A DNA stretch of 64,000 nucleotides, from sequence record LC727699.1, one strand, 5' to 3'. Both the position numbers and the translations under genes were made by a program. The notes below the pieces were generated by a model. That model saw only the letters and a program-made list of their open reading frames with translations, had not been told where the DNA came from and did no database searches. Shown in pieces: positions 18,942-28,949 of this stretch. Numbering within the stretch: position 1 is the stretch's first letter; every line of letters begins with the position of its first letter.

Positions 18942-19850
18942 ATGCTAAAGGTAAAATCATTACTCACTGGCCATATTCTTCGAGCTACCTATGATTGGTT
19001 TCTTGAGAATAACTTCAGAGATATTCTAATTGTAGCACATACTCAATTAGTACCTGATTTATCTGAGGTAGCTCTAAAGCATGCGAAAGAAGATCACACT
19101 ATCACTTTCAATATCCATCCACGCTGTGCAAAGAATTTTTATATCAGTGACGAATATATCTCTTTCAATGTAACAGTAAATGGAGTTGGGGTCAGTATTA
19201 AACTTCCTCTTTATGCAGTATTGGGTGTAGTTACACCTATTGATGATAATTCTAACGCATTCTTTGAAATGCCACTAGTAGATAGATATCTCAATGCAGA
19301 TACTATTCGTGCAACATTAGAAGGAACTGTTAATAATGTAGTTGACAAAAACCCAGTATTAACTACCGTAGGTAATGTCACTGAGGTTAATTTTAAAAAT
19401 AAAGCCGATACCACTAATGGTAAGTTAGTTGTAAGGAATACATCTGAGAATGAGCATGATCAGATGATTGAAAGCGCCATTAACAGAGTAACTGAATTTA
19501 GTAATCCAGAATTAGATGCACATATTAGAGTAGCGGTAACTGTAATTAAACAGAATGCACCAGAATTAATTATGGATTGGTGTGAGCGGGTTATTAATTG
19601 TACACGTAATGAAAACTATCAGGATAACATCAATGTACTTATGATGGAACTCCTCAGTTACCCTATTTCAAATGTGGTTAGTGAATCAACTGTGGACTCG
19701 GGTGATAATACATCTAATTCATTTGACAATGATGTAAATAAGATGGTTGAGGATTTCAATAATTCTTCCAATTCGCAGGTTATTATTAATAAACCTTCTC
19801 GTCCTACCGGTACACCAAAACTCACTGTTATTAAAGGTGGTAAGAAATGA
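18942..19850 (+). CDS. sspB: SspB-like ClpXP adaptor with central insertion
   Basis: LRATYDWFLEN...ITFNIHP...ISFNVTVNGVGVSIKLPLYAVLG aligns with E. coli SspB LLRAFYEWLLDN...IVLNIAP...VRFNARFGG...VSVPLAAVLA; C-terminus RPTGTPKLTVIKGGKK resembles the XB peptide RPALRVVK. Confidence 0.8.
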   Translation: MLKVKSLLTGHILRATYDWFLENNFRDILIVAHTQLVPDLSEVALKHAKEDHTITFNIHPRCAKNFYISDEYISFNVTVNGVGVSIKLPLYAVLGVVTPIDDNSNAFFEMPLVDRYLNADTIRATLEGTVNNVVDKNPVLTTVGNVTEVNFKNKADTTNGKLVVRNTSENEHDQMIESAINRVTEFSNPELDAHIRVAVTVIKQNAPELIMDWCERVINCTRNENYQDNINVLMMELLSYPISNVVSESTVDSGDNTSNSFDNDVNKMVEDFNNSSNSQVIINKPSRPTGTPKLTVIKGGKK

Positions 19851-20104
19851 ATGCAACTTTAGCAATTCTTTTTAGTAGTATCAGTATCGCTGGTTATCAA
19901 GCCAATGGTGCATCGCAGTCAACCGCTGAGTTCTCTGACATGGCTACTTGTTTTAGCGCGATTGAGCGCATTCAAAAACTAGCTAAAGCAAGTGCTATTC
20001 GTAATAATGTAGAGACTGTAAAAGTCAGTGATGGTGTTCTATTACGTTATTTTTCTTCTAGTACTAGTAAAGTAGAACATACTCTAATCTGTGTAAATAA
20101 ATAG
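19847..20104 (+). CDS. Small exported or membrane two-Cys protein
   Basis: Hydrophobic N-terminus; F.DMATC...LICVN pattern like 62279..62500. Confidence 0.7.
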   Translation: MNATLAILFSSISIAGYQANGASQSTAEFSDMATCFSAIERIQKLAKASAIRNNVETVKVSDGVLLRYFSSSTSKVEHTLICVNK

Positions 20105-20112
20105 GTACGGAT

Positions 20113-20820
20113 ATGTCTGAGAAAATGTATTTATCTTTTTCTGGAATTGGACACAATGACGTAATCAAACAAGATCTTAATGGATTCGTTCCAATGGATG
20201 TATCAACTATTGATAATGAAGTGGCTGATCGATTATTTTATACTCCATTCAATAGTTCTGAACCAGGTACCTCATTACCTAATGTTGCTAATGTGGTATT
20301 CAAGGTATTACCTATCCATATCGAGGATAACACTATCTGTGTTTTAGATAGTTGTTCTAGTACCGAATACTCATTGAATGACTTAGTTGATACCAGTGTC
20401 TCATCATTAGAAACATATGGCCCATTAATAGATTTACGTAGTAGTGATCCAATTGAGACATATGCTAATCAGGCAGTGTATACTTGGTTAAATAAGAATA
20501 TCTGTGATATCGAATTTGAAGTACATGGCGGGCTGCAAGTGCAACTAACTGCTGACCAAGTGCGTTCCAATGTTAATGCATTTGTAGCAGGTATTGATCT
20601 TGACATCGACGATAAATTGATGGTATATGTGGTGATTAAAATCAATGATCGTTTATACGATGCTTGGTCTAGTCAACATGTGGTGGAACCATTAACAATG
20701 TATCATGTGCAAGGTGGTCATGAGCCTATTGTCTATAGTGAGACCCATATTGAAAATAGCCTATTGCGATATGCTAAAGAGAAAGGTTGGGCTGAAATTT
20801 TGACTCGTATTGGTCTGTAA
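20113..20820 (+). CDS. Hypothetical protein
   Basis: 235 aa, AGGT RBS. Confidence 0.85.
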   Translation: MSEKMYLSFSGIGHNDVIKQDLNGFVPMDVSTIDNEVADRLFYTPFNSSEPGTSLPNVANVVFKVLPIHIEDNTICVLDSCSSTEYSLNDLVDTSVSSLETYGPLIDLRSSDPIETYANQAVYTWLNKNICDIEFEVHGGLQVQLTADQVRSNVNAFVAGIDLDIDDKLMVYVVIKINDRLYDAWSSQHVVEPLTMYHVQGGHEPIVYSETHIENSLLRYAKEKGWAEILTRIGL

Positions 20821-20884
20821 TAAAAATACTTCTTATAGACTAATAATATAGGTAAGATACTAGCCGATTGGTTAGTTGCGCTTA

Positions 20885-20904
20885 GGGAGTCCTTCGGGAC
20901 TCCC
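20885..20904 (+). terminator. UUCG hairpin (weak U-tract; terminator or stabiliser)
   Basis: GGGAGTCC-TTCG-GGACTCCC. Confidence 0.5.
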
Positions 20905-20925
20905 GTATATCGTCTAGGAGGTTTT

Positions 20926-21219
20926 ATGTATACAGTTACACTTGAACAAGTAGGACACCGTATACCGTCTAGTTTAAGTGCTTTTGTAATTAGACCGTTT
21001 GAAAATACCATTACGCATAATGATACGTCTTATTACTTGATCATGGGTAAAGATGATTTCGATAACATGCACATGGAATGGCGAGATGTAGCTGTAGTTG
21101 ATAGTCAAGCCGTTATAGTTGCTACATACACTCCATCGAAAAACTCATTTAATCTTGTAAAAAATGAATTAGGTATTCCAGTTAATATCAAATACAAACG
21201 GATAGAGGTTGATCTATGA
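20926..21219 (+). CDS. Hypothetical protein
   Basis: 97 aa, AGGAGG RBS. Confidence 0.8.
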   Translation: MYTVTLEQVGHRIPSSLSAFVIRPFENTITHNDTSYYLIMGKDDFDNMHMEWRDVAVVDSQAVIVATYTPSKNSFNLVKNELGIPVNIKYKRIEVDL

Positions 21220-21246
21220 TTACCAGTAAGGTTAGAGGAATGAAGT

Positions 21247-21447
21247 ATGGATCGTCTTGATGAAAGAATCGCATTCAGTGTAAAGTCGTACAAAATTTTC
21301 AATGCTCTCTCCCATGGCCGAGTTCGGGCATTGATTATTAACTTTAAAGATGGTAAGGGTACGATCGTATCTATTAGTGATGAGCGCCGCCATGATAAAC
21401 ATCTCTGGTTCAACTGTGGACTAGTAGACAATCCGAGGATCAAGTAA
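21247..21447 (+). CDS. Hypothetical protein
   Basis: 66 aa, TAATG-coupled to thyA. Confidence 0.7.
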   Translation: MDRLDERIAFSVKSYKIFNALSHGRVRALIINFKDGKGTIVSISDERRHDKHLWFNCGLVDNPRIK

Positions 21448-22913
21448 TGGAACAATATCTTAATTCAATCCGTTTAGTTAAAGAACACGGTGTACATAAA
21501 GGTGACCGTACTGGTACTGGTACTCAGAGCATGTTTGGTCAACAAGAACGTTATAGTCTGCGTAATAATCAGCTACCAGTTGTAACCACCAAGAAGATTC
21601 ATCTAGCTTCTGTAATTCATGAATTGTTCTGGATGCTGTCAGGTGATACTAAGGTGGATTACCTGATCGCTAATGGTGTACGCATCTGGAACGAGTGGGT
21701 TAAACCTGAAACCGCAGTATATGAGCCGATGACCGATGAGGCCGTTCTTAAAGCAGTAACTGCCCTCATTGGTGCCCCATTCGTAATGTACTTACATTGT
21801 ATGAACGATGACTCTACTCCATTCATTGAGACTGTAGCGGAATTCGAGTCGGGTATGACTCCAGAGACTATTCAGGCCTTCTGGGATGAATATCCAGTTA
21901 ACCGTGAGGAAATCCAATACATCATTGGAGTTAGCGTAACGTCGTGGAATAGGTTCGCTACTGAAGGGTTCGATGAAGCCAAAAATCCTGAAGGTATTCG
22001 TGCTGAATATAACAAGCGACTGTATCGTGCTTTGATGCATAAAGAACCAGAGCGTCTGGTCGGCGGCGATCTAGGTGCTGTTTACGGTAAGACATGGCGT
22101 AATCTTGAAGACACTCGTGTAATCCCTAAATATGAGTGGTTCGATTATGAGAAGCGTGGTTTTGACTTCGTGGCGGATATCCCAGGTACAACCATGGAAA
22201 CCGATAGATGCGTGGTTACTCGACGTATCGACCAAATCCAAGACATCATCGATCAACTTCGCACCAACCCGGATTCTCGTCGGATCATTGTTTGTGCATG
22301 GGCGCCACATCTTATTGATGAGCAGGCACTCCCACCTTGCCACGCATTTATTCAGTTCTGGACCCGTGAACTGACCGTAGATGAACGAGTGCAAGCTCTA
22401 GACCAAACCCAGTTCGAAGCTGATGCTTATCATGATAAGATTAGTGGTGAGATTACTCGTGGTCAACCTCCATTCGATAGTGCTGAGCAGGTTAAAGCAC
22501 TTCTGCGTGTCTGTCGTGGTTATGAAAAGGCTACAGATGAAGCAGTAGTAGAATGGCTGGATCAACATGGTGCTCCGAAACGAGCCATCAGTTGTCAACT
22601 CTATCAAAGATCTTGTGATACTTTCTTAGGAAAACCCTTTAACATCACATTCTATAGTCTGCTGACTCACATGTTAGCTAACCAAATGAATATGATTGCT
22701 GAAGAGTTTATCTGGACTGGTGGTGATGTACATATTTACTCTAATCACCAAGAACAGACTGATCTTCAATTAACTCGTGAACCGAAGGTTCTACCAACTA
22801 TTCGTTTCAAACAAGAAGCTATTGGTAAAGATATTCGGGAAATTGGTGTAGATGATTTTGTTATCGAAAACTACGAATATCATTCACACATTGCTGGTAA
22901 AGTTGCTGTCTAA
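21447..22913 (+). CDS. thyA: Thymidylate synthase with three in-frame insertions
   Basis: DRTGTGT, TTKK, ELFWMLSG, IWNEW, GDLGAVYG..WR, SRR, ALPPCH, LYQRSCD..LG.PFN and GDVHIYSNH. Confidence 0.95.
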   Translation: MEQYLNSIRLVKEHGVHKGDRTGTGTQSMFGQQERYSLRNNQLPVVTTKKIHLASVIHELFWMLSGDTKVDYLIANGVRIWNEWVKPETAVYEPMTDEAVLKAVTALIGAPFVMYLHCMNDDSTPFIETVAEFESGMTPETIQAFWDEYPVNREEIQYIIGVSVTSWNRFATEGFDEAKNPEGIRAEYNKRLYRALMHKEPERLVGGDLGAVYGKTWRNLEDTRVIPKYEWFDYEKRGFDFVADIPGTTMETDRCVVTRRIDQIQDIIDQLRTNPDSRRIIVCAWAPHLIDEQALPPCHAFIQFWTRELTVDERVQALDQTQFEADAYHDKISGEITRGQPPFDSAEQVKALLRVCRGYEKATDEAVVEWLDQHGAPKRAISCQLYQRSCDTFLGKPFNITFYSLLTHMLANQMNMIAEEFIWTGGDVHIYSNHQEQTDLQLTREPKVLPTIRFKQEAIGKDIREIGVDDFVIENYEYHSHIAGKVAV

Positions 22914-22920
22914 CATAAAT

Positions 22921-22945
22921 GCCTCCCTTTGGGGAGGCTTTATTT
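22921..22945 (+). terminator. Intrinsic terminator
   Basis: GCCTCCC-TTTG-GGGAGGC followed by TTTATTT. Confidence 0.85.
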
Positions 22946-23046
22946 CCCTATGGTTCATTTGGGATATTCAGCGAATACTACTATGCACAGACTCCTGCCT
23001 AGTGGACCGATGTAGTACGTAAATACAATACAAAGGAATTTGTCCT

Positions 23047-23454
23047 ATGAACAACACTGAACTGAAGCGTCAACTTGAAATGGTTATTGAACTGATGGGG
23101 GTCTTTCCTGATCCTCTCACGATCGGTATCGCCGGTAATAGAGTAACCAAAGAAACTCGCTGTAGCCTTTTTAACGGAAAAGATCCAGGTGAAGAGTTTA
23201 GTATTGGTCTTGGTATCAGTAGTCGCAAACAATGGTTGAAGCTTGCAGATCATGCACTGATTCTTACTAAGCCCGAGAAAGAGCCTATTGTCATCCCGTA
23301 CGAGGCTATATGCGAACTATCGGCACCACTGAAATTCGAAGAGGAACTTGTGAGCAAAGGTTGGTTTGTATACAACTTGCTGGGTACATCGATGTTCATG
23401 TATCTGGACACAGGTAAAGAAGAAAAACTCAAATTTGAAAAGGTTGGTGGATAA
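23047..23454 (+). CDS. Hypothetical protein
   Basis: 135 aa, AAGGA RBS, coupled to the next gene. Confidence 0.8.
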   Translation: MNNTELKRQLEMVIELMGVFPDPLTIGIAGNRVTKETRCSLFNGKDPGEEFSIGLGISSRKQWLKLADHALILTKPEKEPIVIPYEAICELSAPLKFEEELVSKGWFVYNLLGTSMFMYLDTGKEEKLKFEKVGG

Positions 23455-24287
23455 TGGATCCACGGCATCCAGTTAGCGACGAAATGCGCGCAATCATCGA
23501 TACTGAACTTAATCGCATCGAGAAGAAGTATGGTGTAAAAGTCATCTATGCCTGTGAGTCCGGTAGTCGCGGATGGGGCTTTGCTTCTATCAATAGTGAC
23601 TATGATGTTCGTTTCATTTATGTTAACCATCCGAGTCATTATGTTCGTGTGGATAATGAAGCACGTGATACTATTGAAGAGATGGTGTCTAAAGAACTAG
23701 ACCTAGCTGGTTGGAGTATCACTAAGACTCTTCAGCTTGCTTACAAGTCTAACCCCACTCTCTTGGAATGGCTAAACTCCCCAATCGTTTACCGTAAGGT
23801 TGATCGGGACTACAAGTTAATCCGTGATGCTGCGCTAAAGCACTTCATCCCTGAATCGAGTTACATGCATTATATCTCGATGGCCAAACAAACCAAAATG
23901 CGTTGGTTGTCAGATGAGAAAGTCCGGATGAAGAAATACTTCTATTCTCTTCGTCCTCTGTTGGCTGCAATTTGGGTCCGTGAAAGTCTGGAACATCCAC
24001 CGATGGTATTCCATGATCTACTGCCTCTTCTAACAGATCCTATCCTTTATAAACGTATCCAAGAACTGGTTAATGATAAGGTTGGGGCTACTGAACAGGA
24101 TCTGATAGATCGTTGCCCTATATTAGATCAGTTCATCGATTTTCAATTGAGTCGTGAGAAACCAAACTTCGGTAAATACGAACGTCCGGACATCTATGCA
24201 CTTACCGATCTAGCCTGGCATTTTGTTGACCAGTACAAGATCGACACATTCGCGAAACTACAGGGCATCGAACGAAGAAAATATTAG
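23454..24287 (+). CDS. YcgL/RlaP-family Pol-beta nucleotidyltransferase
   Basis: ESGSRGWGFASINSDYDVRFIY (GS-x-DxD), DLAGWS, SNPTLLEWL.SP and KKYFY.LRPLLA. Confidence 0.85.
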   Translation: MDPRHPVSDEMRAIIDTELNRIEKKYGVKVIYACESGSRGWGFASINSDYDVRFIYVNHPSHYVRVDNEARDTIEEMVSKELDLAGWSITKTLQLAYKSNPTLLEWLNSPIVYRKVDRDYKLIRDAALKHFIPESSYMHYISMAKQTKMRWLSDEKVRMKKYFYSLRPLLAAIWVRESLEHPPMVFHDLLPLLTDPILYKRIQELVNDKVGATEQDLIDRCPILDQFIDFQLSREKPNFGKYERPDIYALTDLAWHFVDQYKIDTFAKLQGIERRKY

Positions 24288-24336
24288 TCAATAAAGAAAA
24301 AAGTTTAATACCATCTTATTAAAAGGAAAATATTTT

Positions 24337-24837
24337 ATGCTATTTAAAGATGAACTATGCATCGAAAATATCTTAGTAAAAGAAAAACTATATCTAGTTA
24401 GAAATATTGGTAGGAATCGTGAGGTATATCCTAATCCAAAAGTAACATATAAAGATATTAAGGAATTCACTAAAATGTATGGTGTGATTCCAATGCAATT
24501 CTTAGGGCCGCTACTTCATGAAATCGTTGAACGAGAAGATTTCGCCTTAAAAGGAAAAGAAGCACAGAAATTCATTGATGATAATCCTTATACTTTAATT
24601 GAATATGGTAGCAGTTTTCATATTTACTACATTATTCGTAATTATATTATCCCAACTACTACTGATCCAGATTGTAATAAATTCACTATTAATCTTTATA
24701 AGTATAAAGAATTTCTAGAAGAGGTTACTAATAGGTTAAACATGCCACCTTTTTTGGACACCAGTGAACCTTATCGTAATTTCTTACTGACAATGCAAGA
24801 AAGTCTACGTACCATCCAGGATATTGTGGAAAATTAA
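24337..24837 (+). CDS. Hypothetical protein
   Basis: 166 aa, AAGGA RBS. Confidence 0.8.
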   Translation: MLFKDELCIENILVKEKLYLVRNIGRNREVYPNPKVTYKDIKEFTKMYGVIPMQFLGPLLHEIVEREDFALKGKEAQKFIDDNPYTLIEYGSSFHIYYIIRNYIIPTTTDPDCNKFTINLYKYKEFLEEVTNRLNMPPFLDTSEPYRNFLLTMQESLRTIQDIVEN

Positions 24838-24936
24838 TGAAGTTTAGAATGTTAAAAGTTAATGTATTAAATTTACTCTACTACATACTTTACCCTACTC
24901 CATATTGGGGTAGGGGTATTAAGGTGGAGTATAAAT

Positions 24937-25230
24937 ATGTCAAGCAACAAACTATCTGCACAACTTAATCGTCATCACAATACTCGTATAGTTAATTATT
25001 ATGTTTCACTAGCCGAGAGTCGTTATAATGACACTAATCCTTCAGCAAAGGCTAAAGGTAAATGGCGTAAACATAATCCGTTTAACTGCGGTAGGTCTCG
25101 TTGTATGCTATGTGGTAATCCGCGTAAACATTGGAATAGGATTACTCTTAATGAATTAAAAATAAATATTTCATTAAAAGAGCAACTCAATGATCTTTAT
25201 GTAGATTATACTACGCTGACTGAGGATTAA
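24937..25230 (+). CDS. Hypothetical Zn-binding phage protein
   Basis: HNPFNCGRSRCMLCGNPRK motif; GGAG RBS. Confidence 0.75.
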   Translation: MSSNKLSAQLNRHHNTRIVNYYVSLAESRYNDTNPSAKAKGKWRKHNPFNCGRSRCMLCGNPRKHWNRITLNELKINISLKEQLNDLYVDYTTLTED

Positions 25231-25301
25231 ATTATGCATGAAGAATATGAAGCAATTTAATAGTTTAGATTAACCATTTGAAATAAATTTGGAATTAGCA
25301 A

Positions 25302-25424
25302 ATGAAAGTTAAAAATAAGCAACAGCCTAAGTTTGTCAATCTAGCTACTATGCAAGCTGCTTGGCGGCTTAATAATGCAGAACTCAAAGCTAAACGTGAA
25401 GCTAAAGAAAAGCAAAAAGAATAA
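25302..25424 (+). CDS. Small basic protein (40 aa)
   Basis: MKVKNKQQPKFVNLATMQAAWRLNNAELKAKREAKEKQKE, followed by a terminator. Confidence 0.6.
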   Translation: MKVKNKQQPKFVNLATMQAAWRLNNAELKAKREAKEKQKE

Positions 25425-25440
25425 AACTATTTAGTTGCAT

Positions 25441-25471
25441 AAAGAGAGAGGAATTTATCCTCTCTCTTTTT
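25441..25471 (+). terminator. Intrinsic terminator
   Basis: AAAGAGAGAGGA-ATTTA-TCCTCTCTCTTT. Confidence 0.8.
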
Positions 25472-25565
25472 ATGTTGTTTTATAATTTGTATACTACAGG
25501 TATATTTCAATATGGAATCTTACTTACACGTACCATTCTAGATAGAAATATCCTAACTGATATGT

Positions 25566-26093
25566 TTGTTCTTTATTCTCGGATCACTGAACCTAAAGAG
25601 GATTTTTAAGATGGTTGAGCATTTAAATAAAGATAACTTCTTTTCATGGGGTGCTGTAGTAGGTGGTGCGCTATTACAGTATTTTGAAAATGGTAAACTT
25701 GAAGGTGGGTATGATATATTTAAATTCAGTGATGATGTCAACGGCCTAGTTATTACAGGTGGTATAACGCATCGAAAAAATATCGGGATCCTGAATGGTC
25801 AAGGTGATGATGAAGATCTGTTTTTAGTATTTGTCATAAGTAATACCAATAATCCATATGTCGTATGGTATTATGATATTTATAAAGATAATGAAGGTAT
25901 TTGTTTTACGAATGCTTCACCTACCAGTGGTCGTATTTTTAAATCAGATACTGATGAAAATAATGACCTGTCGATAAGTCAATTACTTAAAGTAGTTAAA
26001 TACCTAGTAGATGAACGAGTTCGTTTAAATAAAAATATAGTTAATTTACCAGGTTATGAAATCATTGAAGAAGATAAAGACTTTCAACTATAA
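25566..26093 (+). CDS. Hypothetical protein (start uncertain)
   Basis: ORF track; GAGGA lies before the internal MVEHL start. Confidence 0.7.
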   Translation: MFFILGSLNLKRIFKMVEHLNKDNFFSWGAVVGGALLQYFENGKLEGGYDIFKFSDDVNGLVITGGITHRKNIGILNGQGDDEDLFLVFVISNTNNPYVVWYYDIYKDNEGICFTNASPTSGRIFKSDTDENNDLSISQLLKVVKYLVDERVRLNKNIVNLPGYEIIEEDKDFQL

Positions 26094-26116
26094 TAAGTCT
26101 TTTACAAAGTCACCAT

Positions 26117-26190
26117 AAAGTCCTCCCTTCGGGGAGGCTTTATATTTTATTTTTTGTATTCAAACATATTTTAACAGTATATTACTAATG
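26117..26190 (+). promoter_or_regulatory. Terminator plus early-promoter cassette (class A)
   Basis: CCTCCC-TTCG-GGGAGG, then TTCAAACATATTTTAACAG-TATATTAC (core 26178-26185). Confidence 0.8.
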
Positions 26191-26221
26191 TGAATTCAAT
26201 CTTGAAAAAAGGAGATATGTC

Positions 26222-26551
26222 ATGAATATGTCAACTATTTCCACTGGTGTTCTGGTGCTTGGTGGTATTGCATTTGGTTACCATCTCTTTGATGGGGCAC
26301 GTTCCATTTATAAAGAATGGTCGATGGAATACATTTACAAAAAGCAAATGGCTAAGGTAAAGGAGCAGCTTACCGAATATGAAAACAAGTATGTTGAGAT
26401 TCCATCAATAGCTGAAATAAATATCTATATCGAACCAGTTCTAACTGAAGCTTTAAATAAACTTGATCGGTATAGTTACAACTGCTTCTTACATGATGTC
26501 GAACAGTACATCGAGTTTATTATTGATAATTATCGTGTAGTTAATCGATAA
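26222..26551 (+). CDS. Hypothetical membrane-anchored protein
   Basis: 109 aa, AAGGAG RBS, hydrophobic N-terminus; lone gene between two cassettes. Confidence 0.8.
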   Translation: MNMSTISTGVLVLGGIAFGYHLFDGARSIYKEWSMEYIYKKQMAKVKEQLTEYENKYVEIPSIAEINIYIEPVLTEALNKLDRYSYNCFLHDVEQYIEFIIDNYRVVNR

Positions 26552-26563
26552 TAAGAGCATATG

Positions 26564-26618
26564 GCCCTCCCTTCGGGGAGGGCTATTGCACTAAATTTTA
26601 TTTGAGATATATATTACA
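26564..26618 (+). promoter_or_regulatory. Terminator plus early-promoter cassette (class B)
   Basis: 45-bp repeat of 11446-11490, then TATATTAC at 26610-26617. Confidence 0.8.
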
Positions 26619-26662
26619 TGTATGTATTACAAAATCAAATTAATGTGTCGAGGTTTTAATAG

Positions 26663-27100
26663 ATGGACGTAGTTACTAACATTTGGGAGGACGTTCTTAC
26701 GAACGTGCATCACAAACTAAAGGTAATGGCCACTACTGCTGGCGATGTCATTCATATAGTGGAACCCAAATTAAATGAAATGATTAAATCGAATATTAAT
26801 CAACTACAGACAGAAAGGTATAGTCTTAGTTTAAACAAAACTAAAGACAATAAATACTACGCAAAATACCATGATAATCATCATGGCTGGGATGTTTATT
26901 TATTTGTTGAACAAACTAGGTATGGGGCTATTGTTGGTAGTGGATTACGCCATCGTGCTAAAGAAGCTTGGGGTCTTAATAAATTCAGAGAATATAATCT
27001 TATCAAAGTAAGGTGTACTCGACAAAATAGTGTTGTTGATAGTATTGTCTTCTTCGACGATCCATCTGAATATTTTCTTAGAACTGTAAATAAATTTTAA
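26663..27100 (+). CDS. Hypothetical protein
   Basis: 145 aa, GAGGT RBS. Confidence 0.8.
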   Translation: MDVVTNIWEDVLTNVHHKLKVMATTAGDVIHIVEPKLNEMIKSNINQLQTERYSLSLNKTKDNKYYAKYHDNHHGWDVYLFVEQTRYGAIVGSGLRHRAKEAWGLNKFREYNLIKVRCTRQNSVVDSIVFFDDPSEYFLRTVNKF

Positions 27101-27120
27101 ATTAACTAAAAGGTAAAAAA

Positions 27121-28020
27121 ATGAATAATCTACAAGTTAATACCACTATTAAAGAATTACATAAACTTCTAATCTGTAATATTATTGATGGTAAACTAAT
27201 TGAATATAATGACATTGTGAAAGAACTGAAAATTACTAATGATGAATTAGATAATCTACTAATAGCTATTTCAAAGCTATCTGATACACCAATTAATAAT
27301 ATCTTTAAATCACTTTCACTAGCAATTGATCTACGTACAATTACATCCGTCATTGAAAAACTTAGTAATTCTACGAAACTATCTAAAAAAGAAATCCAGC
27401 TAGATCTGTTAACTAGGTTAGGAATAAAAGATAATTATTTTTCGAATAGTTTTACTAATGTGTATCATGAACTAAGTGATATTATCAAAAAGCTTGAATA
27501 TAGTGATAAACTATATCAATCAGATTATCAAAACTTTATTATTGATAAAGTAACTAGTCATTTTAAAGATGTATTATATTCAGCTGGTTATGCAATCAAT
27601 GATATTTATAAGTACACTGATTCTAAAGTAGTTAATGTAGATAAAAATGGACTATTGGTAGGTATGAGTATTACCAATTATAGCTTCCATAATAAGGATG
27701 AACCAATTAGGACTATTGGTTTTTCATTAATTGATAAAACCGAGCGTTGTGTTGGAAAATCTGAAACTATTAAAAAGTTTGATGTTGAAGATTTTCTTAA
27801 TACAATGGATACTATCAATATTAATCATAATGATATTATGTTTTTCTCAAAGCAGTATCGAGAAAAAGACTTAGCCATTCATAATGCGATCATGAATGAA
27901 TTTAAGGTGAACAAGATTTCAAATGATACACGTGATAATATAATATCTTATCATATTGCCATGATGGGACATAACTGTATTATCTCATTTAATCACAGTG
28001 GGCTCCTATTAAAAATTTAA
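27121..28020 (+). CDS. Hypothetical protein (299 aa)
   Basis: AT-rich ORF with AAGGT RBS. Confidence 0.85.
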
Positions 28021-28077
28021 TAGAATATTAATTAAAAATCATCTTATGTAGTCAATCTAATTAAGGAAACAAAAAGA

Positions 28078-28434
28078 ATGCCAACTTATATTGAATTAAT
28101 CAATATTGTCAATGACGATACTCCTGAAGATGATGCAGTTATTAGTGATCTGATGAGCCAAATGAATGATAAACAAACTGTTCTTGACAGTTGTCGTATC
28201 AATCATAAAGGCTATGCTTATTTTAAGTTCCATGTTAAGGGATCAATTAGTAAGGATAAACTTAAGGCTCTAAATGAAACTTTAAAAGATTCTAATCTTG
28301 TTGTGACTGATGCTAGTACACAACGTGGTTTCATGCCACCTAATAAGTTTGATGATATCACTTATACTGAAGAGAGTGTTGGTTATAGGGCAATGGTCTG
28401 GACAAGCTTCACTATTGAAAAGCTACTTGTATAA
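28078..28434 (+). CDS. Hypothetical protein
   Basis: 118 aa, AAGGA RBS, TATG upstream and a terminator downstream. Confidence 0.85.
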   Translation: MPTYIELINIVNDDTPEDDAVISDLMSQMNDKQTVLDSCRINHKGYAYFKFHVKGSISKDKLKALNETLKDSNLVVTDASTQRGFMPPNKFDDITYTEESVGYRAMVWTSFTIEKLLV

Positions 28435-28435
28435 T

Positions 28436-28461
28436 AAGAGCCCTTCGGGGCTCTTTCTATT
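28436..28461 (+). terminator. Intrinsic terminator
   Basis: AAGAGCCC-TTCG-GGGCTCTT. Confidence 0.85.
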
Positions 28462-28484
28462 TCGCAATTAGGTATCTGTATTAA

Positions 28485-28919
28485 ATGGATAAGTATCCTA
28501 TTCTACAAGCTATGTCTAAAGAAGAGGCATTTAGACTTTTAGACATACAAGGTGAGTTTAGAAAAACTCAAATGAAAGAAAGGTATTGGAATGAGGAAAC
28601 TGGTCTATGGTGGTGGGAACAACATCCCGATGTGAAATTAAGGATAGTTGCCGCCTGCAATAGATGGAAGGATGTTTATTTCATTGCAGCGAGGCATTCA
28701 TCAATCATAATGACTCAACAACAGCTAATGTATGGTGGTCTTAAGGTATTGCATGAATATGCAGGAGATGATCATGAACAAGGTTTTATTGATCAGTATG
28801 AAAACTTCCACTCTAGGGAAGAAGCAGTAATTATCGCTAAGAATAATAATCAGTTATATCGAGCTGAATTAGAAAATAGATTAGTAACTAAATATTTATT
28901 TAGTGAAGACCTATATTAG
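28485..28919 (+). CDS. Conserved-type hypothetical phage protein
   Basis: RIVAA...RH...QGFIDQ...SREEA..IA...LFSEDLY pattern seen in many phage ORFs (recognition by eye). Confidence 0.75.
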   Translation: MDKYPILQAMSKEEAFRLLDIQGEFRKTQMKERYWNEETGLWWWEQHPDVKLRIVAACNRWKDVYFIAARHSSIIMTQQQLMYGGLKVLHEYAGDDHEQGFIDQYENFHSREEAVIIAKNNNQLYRAELENRLVTKYLFSEDLY

Positions 28920-28949
28920 GTTTCCAATAATTTAAATAGGAATATAGCT

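Noticed and set aside
21447-22913. Group I intron or intein in thyA
   Set aside because: The ORF is continuous and the inserts lack recognisable intein splice-junction residues or a homing-endonuclease motif
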